A DNA stretch of 64,000 nt from Bugula neritina (taxonomy: Eukaryota > Animalia > Bryozoa), in the NCBI GenBank assembly GCA_964035545.1, contig OZ037772.1, forward strand, positions 12,336,818 to 12,400,817. Reading direction: 5' to 3'. The translations under genes and the position numbers were made by a program. The notes beneath the pieces were generated by a model that saw only the letters and a list, made by a program, of their open reading frames with translations, was not told the DNA's origin and ran no database searches. This document shows, one piece after another, positions 12,140 through 35,413 of this stretch; the stretch's first letter is position 1; the number at the start of each line of letters is the position of its first letter.

Positions 12140-12990
12140 GGTTGGTTTGCCAGCTTACTTTTATTGTTATCTAAGTGTATAATAAAAATATTGAAAAATT
12201 AGGGTTCATCTCCCCATACATTCATTTAAATTTTATTATATTATATTAAGAAAAATAAACATAATATACAGAAAAAACAAAATTTACAGCATTAATTAAG
12301 ATTTAAACATCTAATTATTGTTTTTTAAATTAAAATATTCCTTGAAGAGAGCGACTTTGAAATTTACACACCTGAAATTATATTTTATTGATTTGACTGA
12401 GCATCTGTGAAACCGAATAGTGACGAGAATGTGTTTATATAAGCACATGATTACGGCAATACAGCTCAACTCGTGAACCTGTTATACAGCTGCTAAGCGA
12501 ATGAACTCCCTGAATTGATCAGGGGTTCACTTCAGCAACTGAGGTGATCTGGTAGAGGTGTGTCTGCAAGCAATAACTATTGTACTTGTTGCAGGATTGC
12601 GCTCTAGGCAGTCTGAGTGCAGTAGTTTTCAGGTTTGGAGAACACAACTCCAAGCTTAAAAGCAACACTGTTGCACTCAATCACCTTTAACTGGCTGCTG
12701 CTTGTAGATGAATTCGGCATCAATGCGCCTCAGTATATACTGTGGCCATGGCAATAAATATTTCCCCTTCAGGAATATATGCAATCCAAGTTAACAAAAA
12801 ATGTAACAGAAAAAAATTCATTTTTCATTTATATTTTGCTCAGCAGCTGGAATTTTTCACAGCTGCTGCCAAGCCCCATCCAGCAGCTCATCTGTGGCAG
12901 CTTGTGGCAGTTTGCCAAAATTAAGGTGCAGAGTTGGGCCCTCGTGCAGGACAACTCTACAAAATGCTCTGAAATGTTGTTAATAAAATC
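12140..12990 (+). repeat. Diverged third copy of the foldback arm
   Basis: Collinear with ~13530-14370 (ctccccatacatt, gaaatttacaca, taagcacatgatt, ctcgtgcaggacaactctacaaaa). Confidence 0.8.
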
Positions 12991-13178
12991 AATTTAGATT
13001 GTAAGATACCTATGGTCAGTAGTCATGATACAAAGCAAATAAGTGTACAATAGTTGCTGCCGGTTGTATAAAATGGCATCGCATCACTGCTAGAAAATTG
13101 ATACATAAAGAGTTGCTTGCCCTTGTGAGAAAACAATGCATACTTCTGGTTACAGTTGTATTCAATATTATAAATAGG

Positions 13179-15929
13179 TGAAGTTTTATCATGAAACACT
13201 CAATATTTTGAGGATGTATAGATTTTTCTTTATGCTTCTACTTTTTAAATACACAATTAGACTTTTCTCTATATTGATGCTAAAATTCAATATATTTATT
13301 TTGTAAATCTGATGTTTTTACAACAGAAAAACAGTTTAGGAAATAATATTAAGAAAAATGCCTTTTTTTACAATAAAGAGATATGGAAGTTGAATCGTCT
13401 TATGTGACTACAAATGATTTCCATCTGAAAAAGAGCATTTGATTTCTCTCGTGTAGCCCACAGGATCTAAAGGTAGAACAACGAATTTGACATTTTCACT
13501 GTAGTTGATTTGTCAGCTCACTTGTATTGTTATATGAGTGCCTAACAAAAATATTGAACAATTAGGGTTTATCTCCCCATACATTTATTTAAATTTTATT
13601 ACATTATATTTAGAAATGTAAGCAAAATATACAGAAAAGACAAAGTTTACAGCATTAATTGAGGTTTAAACGTCTAATTAACGTTTTTTAAACTGAAATA
13701 TTTCTTAAAGAGAGCGATTTTGAAATTTACACACTTGAAATTATATTTTTTTGATTTGACTAGTCATCCGTGGAAAACGTAGCGCGATCAGAATGTGTTA
13801 CTATAAGCACATGATTCCTGCAGCACATATCAGCTGGTGAACCTGTAATACAGTTGCAAGAGGTAGAAATCCTTCCTAAGTTGATCAGGGATTTGCTCCA
13901 TCAACTGAGGCGATACAGTTTATACGTGTCTACAAGCATTGACCAATGTTCTTGTTGCAGGATTGCTCGGTGAGCAGTTTGAGTGCAGTAGTTTGCATTT
14001 CTCAAGGTTAGAAAACATAACTCTAAACTTGAAAATAATATGCTGTTGCACTCAGTCACTCTCATCAGGGTGCTGCTTGTAGAGCAAACCTGCAGCTATG
14101 CTTGTGAAATTCTGCACCACTGTGCTAGCTAAGTAACAATTGTAATGTTATAGTTTACTTCCTCCCTTTCCTTCATAAGCAGAAATCTCTGCGAAACCAT
14201 CTAAAATATCTTTTTCAAAAAATTTTTTGTACAGCTTTCTAAAATTTTTGTCAAGCTGCCACCAGCTGGCTCATTTTTGTGTGTGGTTCAAAATTTGCCA
14301 AAAATGAGGTGCAGAGTTGTGTCCTCGTGCAGGACAACTCTACAAAACGCTTTAAAATGTTGCCAAGTAAATAAAAAATTCTCAAGCAATTGCCAAAAAG
14401 GCACATCCTGCCATTCTAGTGCACTAGAATGGACCCGAATGCACAAAAGCAGTAAAAACCTAGATGAAATGAGAAAAATCGCATGAAATTCCAAAAAGTC
14501 GCAATAAAATAGCTTTTTGGGCCATCCAGGCTTCAGGATGACGCCTAAATAAATAGAAATCAGTGAAACCTGCATTCCACTGTGGATTAGAGCGTATTCA
14601 TACTGTAGCAGTATTGCAGGAAACAAAATGTCTGATCTAGAAACTATATCCAGCCCTACAAAATATGATTTTGCGCGTTTTTTTGCTTTTCAACATTTCA
14701 ATTTGCTGTTTTTGCAGTTTTATTGGTTGATTTCACTGATTTTTATTCATTTAGGCTTCATCCTGAAGCCTGGATGGCCCGAAAAGCCATTTTTATGCGG
14801 CATTTTGAAAATTTATTTTTGGCAAATCTTGAACTGCAAAAATGAGCCAGCTGCATAAGGCCAGCAGCAGGTTGAATAAAAATGAATGCTGAGAAAATTA
14901 TTTTTGGAAAAGGCAATAAATTTTTTTTAGATTGCAAAGCATAAATTTTTGCTTTGGAAAAGGGCAGAAATAGGCTATAAGATTACAATTGTCTCATAGC
15001 TTGCACAGTAGTGCATAACTTCGCAGGCATAGCTGCAGGATTGCATTACATGGTGCACCCTGTTTTGGATGACTGAGTGCAGCAGTTTATCACTCTCGAG
15101 TCCACAGTTGTGTTTCCGAGACTCGAGAATTGCAAACTACTGCACAGAAACTGCCTACAGTGCAATCCTGCAACTAGCAACACTTCACCAGTTCACCTTA
15201 TCTGCTGGAGTGAACCCCTGACCAACTGAGGAGTGTTATCCACCCCTAGCAACCATGTAACAGGTTCACCAGTTGAGTTGTGCTGCAGAAATTATGTGCT
15301 TATACTAACACATTCTGATCACTATAGGTGTTCACGGATCGGTAGTCAAATCAATAAAATATAATTTCAGGTGTGTAAATTTCAAAATTGCTGTATTTAT
15401 AAAAACCCTTTACATTTTAAAACATTAATTAAATTTTTGAAACATAATTGATGCATCAAACATTTCTTTTTGTATATTGAGTTTATTTTAAAAAAAATAG
15501 CATAATATAATAAAATTGAAACAAATGTATGGGGAGATAAACCCTAATTTTTCAATATTTTTATTATACATTTATATAGCAATAAAAGTAAGCTGGCAAA
15601 TCAACTACAGTGAAAATGTCAAATTCGTTGTTCTACTTTTAGATCCTGTGGGCTACACAAGAGAAATCAAATGTTCTTTTTCAGATGGAAATCATTTGTA
15701 GTCACATAAGACAATTCAACTTCCATATCTCTTTATTGTGAAAAAAGGCATTTTACTTGATACTCTTTCCTAAACTGCTTTTCTGTTGTAAAAACATCAG
15801 ATTTAAAAAATACATAAATTGAATTTTAGCATCAATATAGATAAAATCTAATTGTGTATTTAAAAACTAGAAGCATAAAGGAAAATCTATACATCCTCAA
15901 AATATTGAGTGTTTCAAGATTCAACTTCA
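13179..15929. mobile_element. ~2.75-kb foldback (long inverted repeat) element
   Basis: gaaacactcaatattttgaggatgtatagatttt (13193) is the reverse complement of 15880-15915; ccatccaggcttcaggatga (14522) pairs with tcatcctgaagcctggatgg (14758); centre near 14640. Confidence 0.85.
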
Positions 15930-17344
15930 AGACATTTTACTCAATTTTTTGTCCGTATTGTTGTGAAATATACTATTTTAACTTTAATTTGAAAAGATCC
16001 TGAACATTATTATGGCAACATAATTGCTTTTGCACATCTAATAGAAACAGAAAGACTATGCTTTGTGCATCATTACATTATACTTGATTTCACCTGTGAA
16101 GAAATATTCTCAGTTACAGCAATACCTGTACTGTAGACCGCTGTAGTTAATTTGGTGAGTTCAATAGTAACATGGAAACTTGTTTTATACTGGAAAGTGT
16201 AGATTACAGCTGATAACTGCATTGAAGAGTTATTTCTATGTTTATACAGAATTAGTGGATGAAGCATGTTCTGTATGGGCCAAGTGAGATCATGTTTTTG
16301 ATGCAAAGCATTGCGAGTCAAACTGTCACAGATTGTTTTAAAAATATATATTCAGTGTTTTATCAATAACGAAATTTAAGAGCAAATAATTGGACTCTGT
16401 GTCGCCTATTTATAATATTGAATACACCTGTAGCCAGAAGTATGAATAGTTTTCTCACAAGGGCAAGCAACTCTTCGTGTATCAAATTCCCAGCTGTAAT
16501 GCAATGTTATTCTACACAATCAGAACCAACTATTGTAATTTATTTGCTTTGTATTATGACAGTACCAGCAGTGTTCTACACTGTCTGGACCGTAGGCCTA
16601 AGGTGCGTCTTGCGACACTAAGTACGATTCTACTAGATAACCTCAGCTGCATTAGTAAGTTGACTGAACAACCCAGTCTGATATTTACCTCTTCTGCAAC
16701 TATTAATAGTTTTCTGGTTGAATCGTGTGAATGCGATTGTGCGTTTATAACACACTCTGCCTGACCCACTCTCCTATTAATTAAATCTTTACCGCTTAGT
16801 AAATGGTGTGCAACATACATTATAATTTTATATTTTATACTATGTATTTTATATTGTAATGAAAATTGATTATTCAATTTTTTTGTCTACAAAAATTATT
16901 GAGCTAAATTATTTATTTGTTTTTTTTCACATAAAAATGTGATTTAGTATGAAGATACCTAACTAATGCCAAGGGAGATAAACCCTAAATTTTAATTTGA
17001 CCGTGTTTATTTGGTAGGATTAGGTGCAAACACATAGCATCTGCATGGCCTGCTCCGTAGTTTCAAAGCAGCCAGAAGAGCGGGTTGCAGCAAGCATCCA
17101 TTTTATTTATAAATAGTTATAAAGGTCATAAAAGATTTTAGCAAATCATAAAAGCCAGAAGGTATAAACAATATATGTATTTTACGTCTTTACATTAGAG
17201 TTTTTCGACTAATCTATTTTGTTACTCGATTTTTATCACGACTACATTTGGATTTTATATAGTGTAACTATTAGTTTATTTGACAATAGTTATGTAATAA
17301 CATTGTAGACTTCACATATGCTGTGATGAAGGGGATATGGCAAT

Positions 17345-17570
17345 AATAAAGTGATGATAATAATATAATGATAGTAATAACATAGTGATAATAATAATAT
17401 AATATTAATACAGTAATAATAATATAATAATAGTAATAATATGGTGATAATAATAATATAATATTAATACAGTAATAATAATATAATAATAGTAATAATA
17501 TAGTGATAATAATAATATAATATTAATACAGTAATAATAATATAATAATAGTAATAATATGGTGATAATA
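17345..17570. repeat. AT-rich compound repeat (taataatagtaataat)
   Basis: ~61-bp higher-order unit repeated three times. Confidence 0.85.
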
Positions 17571-17799
17571 AAGTTTTATTAACCATCACACATCAGTGAG
17601 TTTGAATTAGGCTCATTCTGTCTTGCATAATTTTTAGCAATCTGATATAAATTGATAAAAACTGTGTTACCCAAATTGAAAATACAAACATGATATTTTA
17701 TGTACAGAAAATAATTTTTGTTTTATTTTATTTAGTGCCGATGTAATAAAACAATATGATGAGGATTTGAAGTAAATCCTGTGACAGTTTCCCTTCTAC

Positions 17800-22934
<5,135 letters not shown>

Positions 22935-23468
22935 GTTGTCAGAGAAGGGACTGTCAAGCAAATAAATACCAGACAGGAAATTAGACTAATATGAGAATAC
23001 ACGTGCTAACATCAGAGTTGGCAATATGCCACATGCATGGCCCAACCAGTCACGCAAAGTTGCATATATAAAGCCTTCTACAGCTTATTTAGTATAGTAT
23101 AGCCATGGTTTTTTATAATTGTTTTTTTTTTCATAAAAGTTGTAAACAATTGCACAATATTATTTACTCTGGAAATGTGAACTTTGGCATATGTAAAAGG
23201 GCCTTGCTGGAACTGTCATTATTTTATATAATATATTACATACAGTCAAGTTACATGTAGGAGTTACCTACTCAACAGAAAGCATGTTATATTACCTATG
23301 GAGTTGGAGTTGTCTCTCCAGTACTGTACTCAAAAACATATTTAAATTAAACTCGTATGCATTTCAGTTGCTAAGTCTAGATCCTAAACAGTGCTTCATA
23401 TTTGGTGGGATTTTCTAGTAAACATCCCAATACTTGTGATTTGACGCAAATGGTTTTATATTTTAAAC

Positions 23469-23808
23469 CAGGGGTGTCCAACCTTTTCAGAACTAGGACC
23501 ACTGAAATGGAATATTTTATGGCGAGGACCACATTGTAAACTTTAGCTTGTGCTGAGGGGTCACAGCATCAGTATTTTTCAAGTTACTTCATTCCAGTTT
23601 TTTATGAATCACTACACAATAAAGTCCAAATAGTTACTACAGGCTGCATGTTTTGTAGTATGTGTATAAATAAGACATTTAAAAAGGGTTTTTCAATCTA
23701 ATTCATAAAAAGTGTGAAAAATAATTTTATGTGTTATGCCTTTGAGGGCCACATTAATGTAGGCTGTGGGCCACATCCGGCCTTGGGGCCGCCTGTCGGA
23801 CAGCCCTG
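23469..23808. mobile_element. hAT-superfamily MITE
   Basis: TIRs caggggtgtccaac / gtcggacagccctg and a perfect 8-bp target site duplication ttttaaac (23461-23468, 23809-23816). Confidence 0.88.
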
Positions 23809-23953
23809 TTTTAAACAATACGCAGACATGTTAGCATTGTTACTTAAATTAGCAACTACAAGCATATGAATAAATTTTACAGAAAATAATTTTGTTTTAT
23901 TTAGTATCAATGTTTGACAGTATGATGAAGATTTAAATCAAATCAAATTAATT

Positions 23954-27807
<3,854 letters not shown>

Positions 27808-27858
27808 CTTGTCCAACAGAGAGTTCCTGAGTGTAAAACTGTCAGAAGATATCCTCTC

Positions 27859-27865
27859 TTATATA
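27859..27865 (-). promoter_or_regulatory. TATA box of protease B
   Basis: TATATAA on the minus strand 52 nt upstream of the ATG; GATA motifs just upstream (ctatca ~27874, ttatca ~27896). Confidence 0.6.
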
Positions 27866-30064
27866 GAGAGCTGCTATCAGAGAAATAGAGATGTGTTATC
27901 ACTAAGTACTGGAAACATACCATCTGGTTTTGTTTAAAGAATTTGAAAAAGGAAAAATTGGTGGAAATGCAGAAAAAGAAAAGCTGGAGATTTTGATTAG
28001 CAACAAAGTTGAAAATAAGCTGCTTGGGACATAAAAATTATAATATGCTGTCAGAAAAAAAACCGCTGCTAAATATGAGTTAAATTAAATTCTAAAAATA
28101 ATTAATTGTCAATTACCCTTTCGCTATTATTTTTCTAGAGTATGTTTTATGATTCACTTGAATTTTGTAACATCTTTGAGGAGTTGAAGTGGTCAGCCAG
28201 ATGTGAGATTCACAGATGATACTGTGGGAACACATGTATACCTAGCAGGTGTGTGCAGGTGTGTGTTTAGTAGTGTCAGCTGCCAGCAGGTGTGTGTTTA
28301 GTAAGTCAACTGTTTCACCTATAGCAGTACATATGCTAAAAGTGTCAAGCTTGGCATCAAAGCGAATGAAATTTATTAAAATATACTGGAATATATCAAC
28401 TGAAAGAAAATATGGATGTATAGATCGTAGCTCAATTCCATGATTTCAAGATGCTGTTTAATTCAAATTAAAGTACTCTAATAGTGGAGCAATTGACGTA
28501 GTGAATTGTGTAATTTCGAACAATTTTTTTACCAAATAATTTACATAATTCTGTCAGCAATGCATAACTTATATTATATACAATTAATTTTGCTACTTTT
28601 CATCACATAAACACATAAATTTGTTAAATCTAAAATAAAAATGTTTAAGTTACTAAGAGTTGTCTAACCTCTGTGAACTAAGCAGGACTTAGCACTAGGC
28701 CTACCCACACCTTTATAGCTTATAAATATTACAGGTTATATGGTATGAGAAGCAATTTTGCTGCTTAATATACATTAATTGCTTCATCACTGGACAGCTG
28801 CTGTATTTATATTAAAATATACCAAATCAATAATATATTGCTACTATAGTTATTATGTTGTCACTAAAGCTTTTGTGATTAGGCAATATTTGAGTAATAA
28901 TTCTACCAGTAGTCCAGGCCAAACTAGTGAGTTTACCTAAATTAATACTAATTGTTAATTATATTATTATTATCATGTGTGAATCTGTGTTGTTAATTTT
29001 ATATAATTGCAGTAATAGTTGCTTAATTATTGTTTATTAGCATTTGTTATTTCCATTGAGCTATAATTATTTCCATCTATTATCTGAAAGTCTGAAAGTA
29101 TTATTCAAGAAAAAAAATTCTATTTTATTATATTTTTTATTGATTGCATGAAGAGGAAAATGAAGAATTTCATTATAATTGATTATACAAGAGCTGGATT
29201 GTCATAAACATCTAAAATATTCCCACAATCTATTGTAAAGCAGAGTATTACAGTAGTCACTGTGGTATTACAATATCATTTCTAGTACAAATCACATGTT
29301 GAATGGTTACTGACTAAACTAGCTCCTTATTAGTACAGAAAAGAGTTAAAATACAGGAATGTACACGATTGCTTTGCATTAAACACATTAACTGCAGCTA
29401 TTAGACATAATATTATACTACAACACATCTCTAGATAAAATATCAAGCGTCATAATTTTACGGAATACAACAATGAAAATTTAATGTCACAATTTGCAGA
29501 AATGTGGAAGAATGAAATAAAAAAATATAGAATAAATATACCTACATGATATTTTAGAATGTCTAACGCAGAAATGGAATGATAAGAATACAACAGACTA
29601 ATGTACTCAGATGGCATGATACTAGCTGTGAACAGTTCAAAGGTCACCTCTAAAAGGGCTGATATTTACTAATTTAAGTTGAGTGTCTTAAGGTGCAGTA
29701 AGAAATTCTTACTATCATGTATGAGCAGACTTTACTCTTTTGCTGCCAACAGATACACATGTACTAAGGTTAGAGTCAGCAAATCTCAAGCTCTCTAATG
29801 ATATGAAGCTAGTGCTAGATTGTATGTGACTTTCAATTAACAGAAGATAATGTCTACTGGCATTAGTTAAACCAACTTACAACAAGTTAATTTAATCGGC
29901 AGGCTGTGTGATTGTCAATAGTATGTGTTCTAGAACGGTGATTGATACTCACATGTTATTCTATAGCTAGCTATGTCTATTTTAATGATCTCAGGCTAAC
30001 CAAAATCTTTGGGAATATCAGATTTAGTGAGTGAGTGAGCAGCCAAAATATAATATAGAGAGAG

Positions 30065-30245
30065 ACAGCTCATAGACATACAATAGACAGTTTACAGATA
30101 GACAATAGATAGCTTATAGATAGACAATAGATAGCTTATAGATAGACAATAGATAGCTTGTATAGAGACAATAGATAGCTTGTATAGAGACAATAGATAG
30201 CTTACAGATAGACAATAGATAGCTTATAGATAGATAATAGAATAG
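30065..30245. repeat. 22-bp minisatellite (atagatagcttatagatagaca)
   Basis: About 7 tandem copies downstream of the CAP gene stop. Confidence 0.85.
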
Positions 30246-30433
30246 AAAATAGACATGTACACTCTAGCATACTGTCACTACTAGATATTCTAAAGATATA
30301 CTATTAGAGTGCTGAACAGCATCAACAAATTATTTAGACAGGAAGTTTTGGAGGTTGAGCTGGAGGCGGAGCTGGAGGTGGAGTTAAAGTCTGGAGGTGG
30401 AGTTAAGGTCTGCAGGCGGTGCTGGAGGCGGAG

Positions 30434-33400
30434 TTATGGTCTGAAGACATTGTCAGCAAAGCTGCCGATGTAGTTACCGGCTGGGTAGTAGTTGGCGACG
30501 ACAAACACTCTTCCTTTGCTGTCCCCGGCCTTACCTATGCCTAACTCCTCGCTTCCCTTCCACACCACCTGTGAGAAGTGACCTGCAAGTATCCAATCAG
30601 CAGTCAGGTAACTATGACATGTAGATGATCGGCCAATCACTGATATTGTAGCACATGATCGGCCAATCACTGATGTTGTAGCACATGTTGAGTAGTTTGT
30701 TATGTTACAGCAGCACCATGTAGTAAGTTGACCAATCAGTGATGATGTAATAAAACTTAGTTCCAAGTTAGAATGTAATTTACATTAAGAGAGGGACACA
30801 AGACAAGCCTAGACTATATACGTTTTAGCTTAAGTTCTTGATGAGAGAATATAATCACAGTGTAGATAGTAGCCTATCAGTTTGCAACTCATTTACTATT
30901 GGCAACTTATTTACAATTTGTTGTTTCATGAGTAAATTTACAAAACAAGCCAATCAGCATGACCAATAGAAACTCACCCGCAGACCCCGAGTTGCTCCGC
31001 CCACTGTAGTCGTAGGTTGGTTCCTCGTCATACCATTGCTTAGTCACTTCTTCACCTGCAGGCAAATTATAACAGTATTTGTCAGTCTATCTCATGTTTT
31101 GGACAATATAACACTATATTGGCTCAAACTACGCTGATATATTGTTATGCAGGTAAAAATTCAGACTACGCAGGTAAAGATACCTACTTTGTAGGTAAAA
31201 ACTAACCAGTATAATCTGCTCCAGCAGAGCCCCATTTAGACGCGACGTTCTCGCCTAGAGGTTGACCCTTGAACTTGTTGGTGCTGTGCTTCAGTGTGGA
31301 AATGCTGGCCAGATGTTCCGCCCACTTCTGGGCTGTCTTACAGAGTTCAGAGTTCAGTTTCAGCTTACCAACTCTGTGCTTGGCTCTATAAAAATATACT
31401 AATGTATGTTCTAAAAGCTTTTTATGTTAAACATGAGGTTCAATACATCCTGCTTTTTGTAAATGTAACCCATTTTAGGAAACAACAAATCGCATTTTGT
31501 CTTTTTTTAGTAAAATAATGTAATTATTATGATGAAAAATATTACATCTAGTTTTATATATCTTCTAAAATTATATATTTTCCATAATTTTATTATATGT
31601 TTTCTATTATTATACAAATTTTACATAATTCTAATATCTTACATAATTATATATATATATATTACATAATTTTATTATATATTTTCCATAATTTTATTAT
31701 ATGTTTTCTATTATTATACACATTTTACATAATTCTAATATCTTACATAATTATATATATATTTTACATAGTTTCATTATATATTTTACATAATTTTATT
31801 ATATGTTTTCTATTATTATACATATTTTACATAATTATAATATCTTACATAATTATATATATATATTTTACATAATTTTATATAATATAGTTGCATGTTG
31901 AGACAAAGTCTCACCTCCATTTGTTGTGAGCCTCCAAAGCATCTTTTTCAAACGCACTAGCTGACTGCTTAGGTTTGTAGGGAACTGATTTACCAGACTA
32001 CAACAGTAACAACTCAGACTATAGTGCTGTTACACGCTTCCCCTAGTGACTAGTCAGTTACAGCTCTATATCTTAGTGGAAGTGAAATAAAAGCATATTA
32101 ATGTAACATTATATTCTTGTATGTAAAAGCCAAGCTGAATAAATTAAAATAAATAAAATCATAAATAGCTTAAATAGCTTTATGGTAATCTGAATAAATT
32201 ACAGTACAAAATTATATTGAAAAAACAATATCGTTATATAAACAATTTCATTGTTGGTTTTGGCAATTAATTATTTTTTATTTTTATATAATATAGTTAT
32301 ACATATTCTACATAATCATACGATCACTTTAAACATTAGCAAGGGTGCTTACATCATTGTTGTTGAAGGATGGGTTCTCTATCTTCTCCACCCTCTCTTC
32401 TGTTATGACTTCAACTGAACCATCAGGCTTGGTTATTGTCTTGGTGGTGGTTACCTAGCAATGAATAACAACATATAACTATACTTTGTACACTTTGCTG
32501 TGTGAGGTACAATAGTAATATATTCAAACTATAATTTGTACATTTTGCTGTGTGTGGTACAATAGTAATATATTCTAGATACACTTTGTATTCTTTGCTG
32601 TGTGAGGTAGAATAGTATATTATTATAGGTATTACTATCTCACCGTCCGTGTGCCGTAGCTCTTGGTAGGAGTAGCTTTGCAATCTCTGTGACCTATCAA
32701 CATGTACATAGACATATATCAACAGATACATAAACATCTATCAACAGTTACATAGACATCTATCAACAGTTATATAAACATCTATCAACAGTTACATAGA
32801 CACCTATCAACAGTTACATAGACATATATCAACAGCTACATAGACATATAGCAACAGCTACATAGACATATATCAAATGTAAGCAATCTGTAAATACTTG
32901 AAGTCCACAAAATGAAGTTATTGGAAAATGAATTGTATGAAAATTGAGCTAATTTAGGAATTTTTTGCACTTTTTTGCTTTAATGCTTAAACATAACTAT
33001 AACTCCTTTTAAAAAATTATAACTCGATCAATATACTTAATACTAAATGAAACGATACTATTCGAGTATAATCAGACCCAACAAATAAATATAGTTTGTT
33101 AACATCATTATTCATGTGACAGCGTGATGAACTCATTGGTCACATGACAGTGTGATGAACTCATTGGTCATGTGACATTGTAATGAACTCAACTATTAAA
33201 TAGGTCAAGGTTACTTACTAGATTTCGCCTCGTCATCACTAGAAGACGAGTCACTTCCTTGTTTGTCAGCCTTCCCTTTGAACAGAGCCTTGACCTTTGA
33301 CCCGACAGACTGACCAGATGCCAGAGGGAAGACGTTGTCTTGGTACATGCCGATGTAGTTACCTGCGGGTGTATAGTTGGCTACGACTATGCACTTCCCG

Positions 33401-35413
33401 CCTTTGGTTGCCATGCCGACGCCCATCTCCTTGCTGTCCTTCCACACCACCTGGCTGAAGTGACCTGCACAGTAGACATTCAACTTGTCAATAATTAGCT
33501 GGGATCACAGTTTAAAGAAGCTAAACATTTTTTTAAAAAGAAACATGGCGTATATGAGGCAATGTTCAAAATTATAAAATAATAATTCACAACTGCATGC
33601 ATGGTCTATAAAACTTCAACGGATGATAGCAAAAAACCTGCTATCTGAAATACATATAAATCAAACATAATTTGTTTGTAGCAATTTAGGAGTTATCTTT
33701 CCTCTGATACCAGGAAGTAGCCTGAACTCATCATACTATATATAGTATAGAAAGTAGAGATGCTCACCCTTATTCTACTTTGGAGTTATGTTCACTTAAC
33801 TCACCTGTTTTAAGCCCGGAAGTGTGTCCTTTGAAGTCATAGTCCTTAATCTCACTGTACCACTGCTCAACCACCTCTGAGCCTACAATATTACTAGAAG
33901 TAAGGGAGGGGCAGTAGATACCCCTAATGTATGCAAATAGTTGTGAGAAGTTCAACTAACCAAAGGTCTATATCTTATAAACACTAAGAAATTCAATAGC
34001 AAATAATTACAGCATGACATATTGCAGTATTGAGTATTGTACATCACTTAAGGCCTGGCCTCACGATCGTGAGAATCACACAAAATTGTGTGATGATTTT
34101 CGTGAGTTATCCTCTCGTTATGACTAGCCACATGCTCGTCGGACGAAACACATAATAAATAGTCAGTGAATGAGTCTTGCACGAGATACAAACAACAGAA
34201 AATTGCCAAATAGAGAAACATCGTAAAAATGAAATAATTGCTGTTGCTAAAATTCTATTGACCAATCAAATGGTGCTTATCGTTGATTGTAATTTTTTGT
34301 CCATCTTAACAGTTGTGTACACTCAACGAAGACGATTTCTTTTGAGTTTTCTCTAATTTTCTTGTACAAATGTTTTTTCGTGTCAAATAGACGATTTCGT
34401 GTGATTCCCACGATCTTGGGGCCAGGCCATTATCCATGTGTTGATACAGCGTGCATTTACTGCAGGCAATGAAAAGTTGCTATTAGAATATTGCAAGTCA
34501 ACTCTATTACAAACAAACTTCTGTAAATTTAATGAGCTCACTGGCATTGTCAAACAGAAACAACAATACAAACTATTAATAAGGGGGTCCTTTGAGTACA
34601 CCAGCTCCAACAAAGGGATAAATTTTAATTATTGCAGTACAAACCACACAAGGCTCTCTATGATAATATAATAATATGCTTTATTGTTTACTTATCAAAA
34701 CTCTACTCTTTAATATTTAAGCTCTAGTTTTATTCAAGCTAGTTTTAGTAAACTTTGAGTGAAACTAAGAGTAAACATGAATTGAATTTACTTAAATTTC
34801 TTCTCATGAAAGGAATGACAACTCCACAGTGTAATACTACGAGAAACTTTAACCTTTGACCTGGTGCACTCTGACCTCACCTGTGTATTCGGTTACAGCT
34901 CCAGTTGAAGTCTTGCCAGCTATGTTCTCTCCCAGAGGGTTTCCCTTGTACTCGTGCTTACTGTGTGCCAACTTATCGCCTCTGAAATCAAAGAGTTTCA
35001 AGATACATGAGCCTGAATAGCCAAGTTTGAAATAGTATAGCTGATATTGGTACCAACAGAATTTATATTTTAATATACAGTAAGAGAGAATAATATACTG
35101 TAAGAGAGAATAATATGCTGTAAGAGAGAATAATATGCTGTAAGAGAGAATAATATACTGTAAGAGAGAATAATATGCTGTAAGAGAGAATAATATGCTG
35201 TAAGAGAGAATAATATGCTGTAAGAATTAGTATAATATACAGCAAACAGAGTAAGTAACTCCAAATCACTCACTTGATAAGGTTGAGTGCCCAGTTCTCT
35301 GCCAGGACGCACAGTTCACTGTTCAACTTTAGCTTTGGAACACCATGCAGTTTTCTCTTCTCATTGTGGGCCTGTAGGCATTCGCTCGCAAACTTACTGC
35401 TTGTTGCAGACAT
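30434..35413 (-). CDS. Tandem CAP/SCP-domain protein, GAPR-1 (GLIPR2)-like, 401 aa
   Basis: Exons 35413-35274, 34981-34881, 33882-33805, 33464-33219, 32693-32644, 32454-32353, 31997-31915, 31385-31207, 31055-30978, 30582-30434 (1206 nt, phases consistent). Two copies of HNxxRxxH / GEN / WYxE / GHFSQVVW / VANYxPAGN; no signal peptide; in-frame stops upstream of the ATG. Confidence 0.9.
34051..34428. mobile_element. MITE (Harbinger/Tourist-like), copy 2
   Basis: tta|aggcctggcctcacgatcgtgagaatcacac ... gtgtgattcccacgatcttggggccaggcc, ~30-bp TIR; same family as 11106-11322. Confidence 0.8.
35078..35225. repeat. 20-bp minisatellite (taagagagaataatatgctg)
   Basis: 7 tandem copies in a CAP gene intron. 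Confidence 0.92.

Larger units (their letters stand above)
10727..16985. mobile_element. Cluster of non-autonomous DNA-transposon-like sequence sharing a GGGTTTATCTCCC motif (possibly PIF/Harbinger-like termini)
   Basis: tta|gggtttgtctccc at 10727 is inverted relative to gggagataaaccc|taa ending 16985 (~55 bp imperfect match); the same motif occurs at 12202, 13565 (+) and 15544 (-). No transposase ORF seen. Confidence 0.5.
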
